NCBI GenBank assembly: GCA_950072105.1
Contig: CATMOE010000021.1
Coordinates: 1-54,007 of the forward strand
Source: an uncultured Dehalococcoidia bacterium
GTDB lineage: Bacteria; Chloroflexota; Dehalococcoidia; Lucifugimonadales; UBA3495
Direction: 5' to 3'
Length of the DNA stretch: 54,007 bases
A program made the position numbers and the translations under genes. Positions 1-9,634 of this stretch are shown piece after piece (the stretch's first letter is position 1; each line of letters begins with the position of its first letter). The notes under the pieces were generated by a model. It saw nothing but the letters and a program-made list of their open reading frames with translations. It did no database searches and was not told the DNA's origin.

Positions 1-261
1 GACGCCGATCCTGGAGAACTCCTCCTCGACGATGTACTGGTCGATACGGCTGCCGTCCTGGCCGCCGTATTCCTTGGGCCAACTGATGCCGACCCATCCC
101 TTGGCGGCAACTTTCTTGCGCAAGTCCCGCACCAGCGGACCCTGGCTCATCTCGTCGGTATTCTCGATCTCACTCCGGACGTCTTCGTTCACGTTCTCTT
201 GGATGAACCGCTGGACCTCGTCTCGAAGGGCTTGTTGTTCGGCTGTGTAAGCAAACTCCAT
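1..261 (-). CDS. Acyl-CoA dehydrogenase family protein, 5' part (runs off the window edge)
   Basis: Manual translation from ATG at 261: MEFAYTAEQQALRDEVQRFIQENV...KKVAAKGWVGISWPKEYGGQDGSRIDQYIVEEEFSRIGV, the typical ACAD N-terminus (W..P.EYGG). GGAGAG SD upstream. Not in the ORF track. Confidence 0.9.
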   Translation of the reverse strand, partial: MEFAYTAEQQALRDEVQRFIQENVNEDVRSEIENTDEMSQGPLVRDLRKKVAAKGWVGISWPKEYGGQDGSRIDQYIVEEEFSRIGV

Positions 262-421
262 GTCGTCTCTCCAGGGTGCCAGCTTTACTTCATTGCGATC
301 GTTTACGTAGTGGGCCGGAGTCCCCGGCGGTATGTGGAGAATAAGGGCTTCCGCACGAAGCCGAGGCTTCTGTCATTGTCGTGTGCCCGACTTATAGTGT
401 CAAGTGTCCACCCAAGCCTAC

Positions 422-2263
422 TCAGCCTAGCTCCGCTAATACGGGTTTCAAAGCTTCGATCAACGGCGGTAAGAACTCATTCCAGTCGCCCACGATACCA
501 AAGTCGGCTGATTTGAAGATGGCGTGGCGGCGGTTCTGGTTTATGGCCAGAATCACTCCGGCCTTCTGGATTCCCACCGTATGATTGAAGGCGCCCCGAA
601 TGCCAATGGCCAAGTACACTTTGGGGGTGATGCTGCGTCCGCTGATTCCAACTTGAATCTGGACCGGCAGCCAGCCTTCGTGGGTGACGTTGCGGGTGGT
701 GGCCAGGGAAGCGTTGATGGATTGGGCCAGCTTCTGGATCTGGGGGAGATTCTCAGGCCCGCCGATTCCCATGCCAACTCCCAGGACGACCTGCGCTTGG
801 GTCAGTTCCAGCGCGCCGATGTCCTCCTGCACGTGCTCTTCCAGCACCGTAACGTCCGGTCCATCGAAAGAGGCTGCGGCGATGGCTTCCACCGGGGCTT
901 GAGACGAAATATCTGGCGCGATAGGGGTCAGCAGCCCGGGCCGCAGAGTGACCATATTAGGCAAGGTCTTGGAAAGGATCGGCGCGACGACATTCCCGCC
1001 CAGGGCCGGCTTTAGCTGGACCAGCCGCCCTTCTTCGTCGATCTCCAAGTCTATGGCGTCACCGGTCAGCCCCAACGCCAACCGGGCCGCCACTCGGGAC
1101 GCCAGGTCGCGGCCATCGGGAGTTGAGGCGAAAAGGACGGCGTACGGTTGGGCTTGGTGCACCGCCGAGGCCAGGCTCTGGACGACCTGTCGGCCCCATA
1201 CCGGCCCCGTGCCGGTGTTATCCAACACTAACACCCGGTCAGCTCCGTAGGCCGCCAGTTGACCGGTCAGGTCCGGTTGATCCGGGCCGATCGATATCGC
1301 GGCAACTTCGCTCCGCGTGAAGCTGGTCAACTCCCTGGCCTTGCCCAACAATTCCAGCGTCACATGAGCCAGCCCGGCCAGCGACGACTCGGCTACGACC
1401 CAGATGCTTTTGTCTCGGCTGTCCGGATAACGGTCAGTAACCCCGGGAGCAAGGGAACTGCGGTCCTCCGAGTCTAACTCGGCCAGCCGCTCTTTCAACA
1501 GCGAGGCTGCCTGCTCCGCGGCGACTTGGGGATCTTCTTCTTCAATGATCACTCCCGACCGGTTGGGTTCCACCAACCGGATCTCTTCCACCCATGTGGG
1601 AGACCCCTCGGCGCCGAACTGGGAGCTGTCGGGTGAGAGCTGGGCGCAGGTCACTTCTTCCAGCGGTTTCGTTTCGGCCTCCGCCAACTGCTCTCGATTG
1701 GGGAAGGTTTCCTCGGCCACTCCTTCAGTGACGCAAACCAGGGCGGGAAGGGGGCACTCAATGACCTGGTAGCCTTCGTCGGTAAGGCGTTCGGTGACGA
1801 TGGTGTTAGAGACTGCGTTTAAGTCCAGCTTGCTTACTTGGCCGACGTGGGGAATATCCATCAGCTCGGCCGTCTCGGGACCGACCTGCCCGGTTTCCGA
1901 GTCGGCACTGTTGCGGCCGCAGATGATCAAGTCCGGGGCCTCGTTCTTCAACGCCAGGGATAATGCTCTAGCGGTGGCCAAAGTGTCGGACCCGGCCAGC
2001 GCCCGGTCGGTGAGCAGGATGGCCCGATCCGCGCCTAACGCAAGGCATTCGAGCAATCCCTCACGAGCCTGGGGCGGCCCCATGCACAGGGCCACAACCT
2101 GGTCGCCCGGTGCGCTTTTCAACTCCACTGCCCGCACCAGACCTAGCATGTCGAAGGGGTTGACCTCCGAGGGCACACCTTCTCTTATGATGGTCTTGTT
2201 CTCGTAGTCGAATTGGATACGAGCGACTACCGGGACATACTTGACGCAAACGACAATCTTCAT
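422..2263 (-). CDS. Electron transfer flavoprotein, fused beta (FixA-like) and alpha (FixB-like) subunits, 613 aa
   Basis: N-half MKIVVCVKYVP...NPFD...GSDTLATA...DSETGQVG (EtfB). C-half IWVVAE...GRDLASRVAARL..GLTGD...QVGISG...P.VYLAIGIRGAFNH.VG (EtfA FAD domain). Confidence 0.92.
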   Translation of the reverse strand: MKIVVCVKYVPVVARIQFDYENKTIIREGVPSEVNPFDMLGLVRAVELKSAPGDQVVALCMGPPQAREGLLECLALGADRAILLTDRALAGSDTLATARALSLALKNEAPDLIICGRNSADSETGQVGPETAELMDIPHVGQVSKLDLNAVSNTIVTERLTDEGYQVIECPLPALVCVTEGVAEETFPNREQLAEAETKPLEEVTCAQLSPDSSQFGAEGSPTWVEEIRLVEPNRSGVIIEEEDPQVAAEQAASLLKERLAELDSEDRSSLAPGVTDRYPDSRDKSIWVVAESSLAGLAHVTLELLGKARELTSFTRSEVAAISIGPDQPDLTGQLAAYGADRVLVLDNTGTGPVWGRQVVQSLASAVHQAQPYAVLFASTPDGRDLASRVAARLALGLTGDAIDLEIDEEGRLVQLKPALGGNVVAPILSKTLPNMVTLRPGLLTPIAPDISSQAPVEAIAAASFDGPDVTVLEEHVQEDIGALELTQAQVVLGVGMGIGGPENLPQIQKLAQSINASLATTRNVTHEGWLPVQIQVGISGRSITPKVYLAIGIRGAFNHTVGIQKAGVILAINQNRRHAIFKSADFGIVGDWNEFLPPLIEALKPVLAELG

Positions 2264-2389
2264 CCATTTACCTTGATAGGACTTGATTTGTTACATTAAC
2301 CGGAATAGTCCGGCCCGCTTCTATCCATCGATCCCATTTTATGCCAAGGCTGCCTGAGTGCCCGTTCCGAAACGTATCAATCAGGCCAT

Positions 2390-2468
2390 CGTCAATCCGG
2401 CGGAGGCAGGAATGACCAAACGTCAGCGCCAGAGTTGTGCCTGGACCCCGATTTGCATCGGGGTGACG
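2390..2468. repeat. CGTC-tagged REP-like palindrome pair (degenerate)
   Basis: cgtcaatccggcggaggcaggaatgac ... ctggaccccgatttgcatcggggtgacg; same architecture as the pair at 38777-38856. Confidence 0.6.
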
Positions 2469-2477
2469 AGCGATGAT

Positions 2478-3845
2478 CTATTCAGGTTCGGCAAGCTGTT
2501 CCTGAACCCGAGCGGTCAACCGCTGCAATTTGGGGCTGATCTGTACCGGGTACAAAGGCGGGCGGTGCAACGCTTTGAACCTGGGGTCCAGCCTTTGCAG
2601 ATCCGCCTCAAGACGCTCTCTGATCTCCGGCAGACTGGTTTTGGCGGCGGACAGTGTGCCACCAGCCATCACTTCCACCAGGATCTCCTCGGCTCCGGTT
2701 ACGGATTCGTCGCTCAAGCCCAGGACATCGCGGGACCACACTCCTTTGTCCTGGAACCGGAAAACCTGTTTGGCGCCGGGTGGGCTGACCTTGTCCGGAC
2801 TAAGCTTCATCACCGGCCGGCCGTCATAGCATACCAGCTTGTAGGCCATGTCAGACCAAGGCGCGTCGGCCGACACCCCGGCTTTGGTGCCCACTCCGAA
2901 GAGGTCGATGGGCGCATCGTCCCGGACCAAGCGGTCTACCTCGTACTCGTCCAGACCGCCCGACGCTAAGATCTTCACGTAATCCAGGTTGGCTTCGTCG
3001 AGGATGCGCCGGACCTGGCGGCTCAGCGAGTCGAAGTCTCCTGAGTCCAGGCGCACCGCCAGGAGCCGGTTTCCCGACTCCTCCAACTCCTTGGCAACCT
3101 GGACCGCGTTCCAAGCGCCTTGGATGGTGTCGTAGGTGTCCAGCAGTAGGATGGTTCGCTGGGGGAACGTATCGGCGTAAGCCCGGAATGCCGGGAGCTC
3201 GGTGGGGAAACTGGAAATGAAGGAGTGAGCCATGGTGCCGGCGGGCGGAATCCCGTAACGCTGGGCCGCAAGGACGTTGCTGGTGGATTGGAACCCGCCG
3301 ATGTAGCTGCACCGGGCCATCTTCAACGCGGCATCGATTCCCTGGGTCCGGCGAGCTGAGAAGTCGCTCATCCCCCGGCCTTGGGCAGCCCAAACACAGC
3401 GGGCGGCTTTGGTGGCCAGGAGCGTCTGGAGGTTTACTTGGTTGATGATGAAGGTCTCGACCATCTGGGCCTCGATTATCGGCCCGGTCACCTCCAGCAC
3501 CGGTTCGTTGGCGAAGTACAGGCGTCCTTCCGGGATGGCCCGGACGCTCCCGGTAAATCGCAGCCCTTCCAGATAATCCAGAAAATCCCCAGTGAAGATT
3601 TCGGTGGAGCGGAGGTAGGTTAGATCGGCCTGGCTGAATCGGAACCCGGCCAGATGATCTAGAACGTCCTCCAGGCCGGCGGAAACCAGGTAACCCCGGT
3701 TAGCCGGGTAATTACGGACGAAGAGACTGAACGTGGCGGGAGCGAACATCTTCTGACGGAAGAAGGCCTGGGCCATGGTCAGCTCGTACAGGTCGGTGAA
3801 GAGGCCGGTCTGTCCCGGTGGGAGGGGATCGTGGGAGTTGTCCAT
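2478..3845 (-). CDS. pncB: Nicotinate phosphoribosyltransferase
   Basis: LFTDLYELTM, DFSARR, GTMAHS, LLDTYD, VRLDSGD, ASGGLDE, FGVGT motifs. Start moved from 3926 to ATG 3845 because the upstream 27 codons overlap a predicted promoter. Confidence 0.93.
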   Translation of the reverse strand: MDNSHDPLPPGQTGLFTDLYELTMAQAFFRQKMFAPATFSLFVRNYPANRGYLVSAGLEDVLDHLAGFRFSQADLTYLRSTEIFTGDFLDYLEGLRFTGSVRAIPEGRLYFANEPVLEVTGPIIEAQMVETFIINQVNLQTLLATKAARCVWAAQGRGMSDFSARRTQGIDAALKMARCSYIGGFQSTSNVLAAQRYGIPPAGTMAHSFISSFPTELPAFRAYADTFPQRTILLLDTYDTIQGAWNAVQVAKELEESGNRLLAVRLDSGDFDSLSRQVRRILDEANLDYVKILASGGLDEYEVDRLVRDDAPIDLFGVGTKAGVSADAPWSDMAYKLVCYDGRPVMKLSPDKVSPPGAKQVFRFQDKGVWSRDVLGLSDESVTGAEEILVEVMAGGTLSAAKTSLPEIRERLEADLQRLDPRFKALHRPPLYPVQISPKLQRLTARVQEQLAEPE

Positions 3846-3924
3846 CAACCTGATCCCCCAGTCTGATTTTCCGCTCCTGAGGTATGGGCAAGGGGTGACA
3901 AAGGGCGCTCGGAAGCAGGGTCTC

Positions 3925-3954
3925 ATTATGTTTGCCCCTCTCGTGGCCTGTCAA
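3925..3954 (-). promoter_or_regulatory. Putative sigma70 promoter for pncB
   Basis: Minus strand TTGACA-18 nt-CATAAT. Confidence 0.6.
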
Positions 3955-4130
3955 CCGAGACCGGCGTGGTCCGCTTGCCCGGCGCCGGGCCGGATTGGAA
4001 GTTACACCTGAGGCCGATATGCGGGGCGAGAAGGGCATTAATTTACGTATAGCGTAATCTATGTGACGGCTTTACTCGATAATATATAGTAGATGCGTAT
4101 GAATGGTGTAACCAACGCCGGAAAGAATTC

Positions 4131-4159
4131 TTGACATGGCGACCCGTGGTGGGTAACAT
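4131..4159 (+). promoter_or_regulatory. Putative sigma70 promoter for the SAM riboswitch operon
   Basis: TTGACA(4131)-17 nt-TAACAT(4154). Confidence 0.65.
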
Positions 4160-4190
4160 AATGCACGTTAACAAACGAATACTTAACTCG

Positions 4191-4326
4191 AACCCTTTAT
4201 CCAGAACGGCAGAGGGCACGGCCCGATGAAGCCTAGCAACCGGTCCTAGCATTCTAGGGAAGCGGGATACGGTGCTAATTCCGGCGTCCTTCCCAGGTAC
4301 CTGGGAAGGACGAAAGATGAGGGGTT
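4191..4326 (+). ncRNA. SAM-I (S-box) riboswitch aptamer
   Basis: P1 aaccctttatc/gatgaggggtt; TTATCCAGA, GAGGGcacGGCCC, TGAAGCC..GCAACC, GGTGCTAATTCC, AGATGAG consensus elements; lies upstream of SAM-cycle genes. Confidence 0.95.
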
Positions 4327-4340
4327 TGGTGACTTATTAA

Positions 4341-4368
4341 GCTTCTCTATGTGAGAAGCATTTTTTTT
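4341..4368 (+). terminator. Intrinsic terminator, SAM-I expression platform
   Basis: gcttctc-tatgt-gagaagc followed by aTTTTTTTT, upstream of the mtnA start. Confidence 0.85.
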
Positions 4369-4414
4369 GCGTAAACATAGGTCTAGTTGAGTACGGTTCG
4401 GGAGTGAATCTTCG

Positions 4415-5467
4415 GTGAACGAGATCCGCCCAATACAGTGGTCCGATGGCAAGCTTTGGCTGCTGGATCAGACTCGTCTTCCTCTGGAGGAAATCACTCT
4501 GGAGTTGGACCGGTACCAGCAGGCGATCGACGCCATTCGCGATATGCAGGTCCGTGGCGCGCCGGCCATCGGCGTAACGGCGGCTTATGCCATGGCCATG
4601 GCCGCCCGGGAGATAAGCGCCACGTCACCTGACGAGTACATGTCTGAACTGGAAGACGCGGCCGCTCGCATCGCCGCCGCCCGGCCTACGGCAGTCAACC
4701 TTTTCTGGGCAGTGCAACGAATGGTGAGCCTGGCCAAGAGCGAGCCGGACCCCTTGGGCATGCCGGAACGTCTGTTGGCTGAAGCCCAACGCATGTACCA
4801 GGAAGACGAGGAGATCAACCGGAAGATGGGCGGCTTGGGAAAAGACCTTTTGCCCGACGGCGGCGCGGTGCTGACCCACTGCAACACCGGCGCTTTGGCC
4901 ACCACCGGCTTTGGCACGGCCCTGGGCGTCATCCGCGCCGGTTGGGAAGCGGGCAAGCGCTTCAAGGTTTTCAACACCGAAACCCGGCCCTTCTTGCAGG
5001 GAGCACGGCTTACTTCTTGGGAGTTTCAACAACTGGGAATCCCCGCCACTTTGATCGTGGACTCCGCGGCTGGGATGTTGATGAGAAGAGGCGAGATTGA
5101 TTGTGTCATCACCGGCGCGGACCGCATCGCGGCCAATGGGGATACCGCCAACAAAGTGGGGACCTATTCCCTGGCGGTTCTGGCCAAAGAGAACGGCATC
5201 CCATTCTACATCGCGGCCCCAACCAGCACGATTGATCTGAACCTAGCCACCGGCGACGACATCGATATCGAAGAAAGGCCGTCCCAGGAGGTGACCCACT
5301 TCCAGGGGACGCCCACCGCGCCGGAAGGAGTTCCGGCGGTCAATCCGGCTTTTGACGTAACTCCCCACCGTTACATCAGCGGCATCGTCTCGGAAGGTGG
5401 GGTTTCCCGTTCGCCTTACCTGGAAAGTTTGAAGTTGGCGGTCGGGTCAGGGGCCTCCGGCGCGTAG
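4415..5467 (+). CDS. mtnA: S-methyl-5-thioribose-1-phosphate isomerase
   Basis: LLDQTRLP, MQVRGAPAIG, RPTAVNLFWA, THCNTGALAT, ETRPFLQGARLT, GADRIAANGDTANKVGTY, NPAFDVTP. Confidence 0.96.
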   Translation: MNEIRPIQWSDGKLWLLDQTRLPLEEITLELDRYQQAIDAIRDMQVRGAPAIGVTAAYAMAMAAREISATSPDEYMSELEDAAARIAAARPTAVNLFWAVQRMVSLAKSEPDPLGMPERLLAEAQRMYQEDEEINRKMGGLGKDLLPDGGAVLTHCNTGALATTGFGTALGVIRAGWEAGKRFKVFNTETRPFLQGARLTSWEFQQLGIPATLIVDSAAGMLMRRGEIDCVITGADRIAANGDTANKVGTYSLAVLAKENGIPFYIAAPTSTIDLNLATGDDIDIEERPSQEVTHFQGTPTAPEGVPAVNPAFDVTPHRYISGIVSEGGVSRSPYLESLKLAVGSGASGA

Positions 5468-5470
5468 ACC

Positions 5471-6346
5471 ATGAATATGCAGCGCGACACGGCAACGATA
5501 GCGATAATCGGCGGTAGCGGCCTCTACGAGATGGAGGGGCTCTCCGATGTGGAATCCGTGGACATCGATACCCCATTCGGCCGGCCCAGCGACGCCATTA
5601 CCATGGGCACGCTGGAAGAGACGCGGGTGGCTTTCTTGCCCCGTCATGGCCAGGGGCATCGCATCAATCCAACCCACATCCCGGTTCAAGCCAACATATA
5701 CGCCCTGAAAACTCTGGGCGTGGAAAGAATCATCTCGGTTAGCGCCGTGGGAAGTTTGAAAGAGGAGTTCGAGCCGCTTCACCTGGTGGTTCCGAACCAA
5801 CTCATCGACCGCACCCGTCAGCGCGCCAACACCTTTTTCGACAAGGACATGGTGGTCCATGTTGCCTTTGCCGACCCGTTCTGCGCCCAAACCAGCGATA
5901 TGGTGATCCATGCCGCCCTGGAGTTGGGGGTAAATGTTCACTCAGGCGGCACCATGGTGGTCATGGAGGGTCCGGCCTTTTCATCCCGAGCGGAGTCGAT
6001 CATGTACCGCTCGTGGGGGGCCGACTTGATCGGTATGACCGCGCTGCCTGAGGCCAAGCTGGCCCGGGAAGCGGAGATGTGCTATGCGACCATGGCTTGG
6101 GTCACCGACTATGATTGCTGGCGCCAAGGCGGCGAAGCTGTAACTGTCGAGATGATAATCGGAAACCTTTTGCAGAACGTGGCCGCGTCCAAGGACCTGC
6201 TGCGTAATTTAATACCCAGATTGAACGGTACTCGGGATTGTCCCTGCGCCACGGCGTTGAAGGACGCGATAATCACCTCCCAGGACCGTGTGCCCGAGGA
6301 TCTGAAGCGGAAGCTGGCGCCCATCACGGGCCGGTATCTATCCTGA
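5471..6346 (+). CDS. mtnP: S-methyl-5'-thioadenosine phosphorylase
   Basis: IIGGSGLY, FLPRHG, ANIYALK, SAVGSL, MEGPAFS, GMTALPEAKLAREAE, VTDYDCW. Confidence 0.95.
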   Translation: MNMQRDTATIAIIGGSGLYEMEGLSDVESVDIDTPFGRPSDAITMGTLEETRVAFLPRHGQGHRINPTHIPVQANIYALKTLGVERIISVSAVGSLKEEFEPLHLVVPNQLIDRTRQRANTFFDKDMVVHVAFADPFCAQTSDMVIHAALELGVNVHSGGTMVVMEGPAFSSRAESIMYRSWGADLIGMTALPEAKLAREAEMCYATMAWVTDYDCWRQGGEAVTVEMIIGNLLQNVAASKDLLRNLIPRLNGTRDCPCATALKDAIITSQDRVPEDLKRKLAPITGRYLS

Positions 6347-6378
6347 GAATGCGATAAAAGGATCAAGGAGGCTCGACA

Positions 6379-6741
6379 ATGGCCAGGCAAGACCCTGGTG
6401 AACCATATTTCCGGGTAGACTCCCCGGAAGCCGCTGGCATGCTGGCGGCAGACTCTTCGGGGGACATCGTTGTGATAGACGTGCGGCGTGATGATGAGTG
6501 GGTGACCGGCCACGTTTCTGGGGCCGTCCACATAAATATCGATGATCTTCCAAGCAACATGGACCAATTGCCCCAGGACAAGAAGTTGCTTTTCATCTGC
6601 GCCGCGGGAGTGCGGAGTGGATTGGCTTGTGAGATTGCGGCGTCGATGGGGTACGACTCTGCGAATCTGTACAACATCGAAGACGGTACCCCGGCGTGGA
6701 TCGAAGGCGGCTTTCCGACTAACTATGGGGACGACCCGTAG
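6379..6741 (+). CDS. Single-domain rhodanese (sulfurtransferase)
   Basis: VIDVRRDDEW..GHVSGA.HI, active-site loop ICAAGVRS, NIEDGTPAW; AAGGAGG SD. Confidence 0.9.
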   Translation: MARQDPGEPYFRVDSPEAAGMLAADSSGDIVVIDVRRDDEWVTGHVSGAVHINIDDLPSNMDQLPQDKKLLFICAAGVRSGLACEIAASMGYDSANLYNIEDGTPAWIEGGFPTNYGDDP

Positions 6742-6801
6742 CGTTTCGGACCAGGTCGATAATGCCCCTGGCACCGTTGTTCAAGTAACGGCTATAACAT
6801 T

Positions 6802-6869
6802 CCGTTCGACCTGAGCTTGTCGAAGGGCCCCTTCGGAAAAGGATGGTTCGACAGGCTCACCACGAACGG
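6802..6869. repeat. REP-like palindromic element (CCGTTCG...CTGAGCTTGTCGAAG / TTCGACAGGCTCA...CGAACGG)
   Basis: Inverted arms ccgttcgacctgagcttgtcgaa and ttcgacaggctcaccacgaacgg between the rhodanese gene and ahcY. Confidence 0.75.
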
Positions 6870-6968
6870 CATTGGTAAAGCCGATTTTGGAAAGGTTCCC
6901 TGGATCTAATCAAGATTCTATAGCGAAGGCGGCCGGCGGATGACCGGCCAGGTCTTCCCAAGGAGTGA

Positions 6969-8237
<1,269 letters not shown>

Positions 8238-8285
8238 ACGTAGTCACCCTGTCCGATTAAATTAGATCTTTCAGGAGTAGATCAT

Positions 8286-9503
8286 ATGCCATTATTGTTT
8301 CAAGAGTCTCCCAAATATCTGCTGACTTCCGAGTCGGTAACCGAAGGGCACCCCGATAAGCTTTGCGACCAGATCTCCGACGCGGTTCTGGATGCGGTGC
8401 TCAAGGATGACCCCATGGGCCGGGTGGCCTGCGAGACCGCTACCACCAACGGCTTGGTGATGGTTATGGGGGAGATTACCACCACGGCCTACGTAGACGT
8501 TCCCGGAATCGTCCGGGAAACCTTGCGAAACGCCGGTTACACTAATGCCGACTATGGCATCGACGCCAAGAGCTGCGGCGTTAGCGTTTCCATCCAGGAG
8601 CAATCTCCGGACATCAGCGCCGGAGTCAGCACGGCATTGGAGGCTCGGGGTGGCCAAGGCGGCCTCAGTGAGGAAGAGTTGGACAAGATCGGCGCCGGGG
8701 ACCAGGGCATGATGGTGGGGTTCGCGTGCGACGAAACTCCGGAGTTGATGCCCCTGACGGTGAGTTTGTCCCAACGGTTGGTCCGCCAACTGGCCTTGGT
8801 ACGCAAAGAAGGCGTGTTGCCCTACCTGCGGCCTGATGGAAAGTCCCAGGTGACGGTCGAGTACCGCTACGGTAAACCCCACCGGGTAGACACGGTGGTA
8901 ATCAGCGCCCAGCATAGCCCGGATGTTTCCAACGAACAGATAACGAAAGACATCACCGAGCAGGTGATCAAGAAGATCGTGCCGGCTGACTTGCTGGACG
9001 AAAACACCAATATCTACGTTAATCCCAGCGGCCGGTTCGTCACCGGCGGCCCGGCGGGAGACTCTGGCTTGACCGGCCGGAAGATTCTGGTTGACACCTA
9101 CGGCGGGATCGCTCGTCACGGCGGTGGCGCTTTCTCAGGGAAGGACCCGACGAAGGTAGACCGGTCTGCTGCTTATGCTGCCCGGTACGTTGCCAAGAAC
9201 TTGGTAGCTTCCGGAATCGCCGACAGGGCGGAGGTCCTAGTGTCCTACGCCATCGGTATGTCCACGCCCATCTCAGTTTCGGTGGAAACCTTCGACACCA
9301 ACCGGATAGACAGCGATAAGATCCACGAGTTGGTAAATAAGCACTTTGACCTACGCCCGGCGGCAATCATCCAGGACCTGGACCTGCGCCGTCCCATATA
9401 CAAGCCTGTGGCCGCCTACGGTCACTTCGGCAGGGACGACCTGGACCTCACCTGGGAACGCACCGACAAAGCCGACGCTCTGCGTGCCGATGCCGGTCTG
9501 TAA
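8286..9503 (+). CDS. metK: S-adenosylmethionine synthetase
   Basis: [56 protein letters not shown]. Confidence 0.98.
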   Translation: MPLLFQESPKYLLTSESVTEGHPDKLCDQISDAVLDAVLKDDPMGRVACETATTNGLVMVMGEITTTAYVDVPGIVRETLRNAGYTNADYGIDAKSCGVSVSIQEQSPDISAGVSTALEARGGQGGLSEEELDKIGAGDQGMMVGFACDETPELMPLTVSLSQRLVRQLALVRKEGVLPYLRPDGKSQVTVEYRYGKPHRVDTVVISAQHSPDVSNEQITKDITEQVIKKIVPADLLDENTNIYVNPSGRFVTGGPAGDSGLTGRKILVDTYGGIARHGGGAFSGKDPTKVDRSAAYAARYVAKNLVASGIADRAEVLVSYAIGMSTPISVSVETFDTNRIDSDKIHELVNKHFDLRPAAIIQDLDLRRPIYKPVAAYGHFGRDDLDLTWERTDKADALRADAGL

Positions 9504-9583
9504 CGACGCCTAGACCTGAATCACATCCTCGTCGCGGGTTGTGAATCGGCTAAAAGCGGCATAAAATGTTCCCCAACTAACAG

Positions 9584-9610
9584 CAGGCCGGGACGATTAG
9601 TCCCGGCCTG
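9584..9610. other. Perfect 11-bp hairpin between metK and the selenoprotein gene
   Basis: caggccgggac-gatta-gtcccggcctg; no U-tract, so its role (pausing, stability, termination) is unclear. Confidence 0.6.
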
Positions 9611-9634
9611 AACTGCAAGGTAAGAGGAAGGGAA

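Noticed and set aside
3846..4130. Possible NAD-related riboswitch or operator upstream of pncB
   Set aside because: I could not match any known aptamer or convincing palindrome; only a promoter is supported.
5465..5473. mtnA TAG in frame with mtnP ATG (possible amber read-through or pyrrolysine)
   Set aside because: Both proteins are complete on their own and there is no evidence for recoding.
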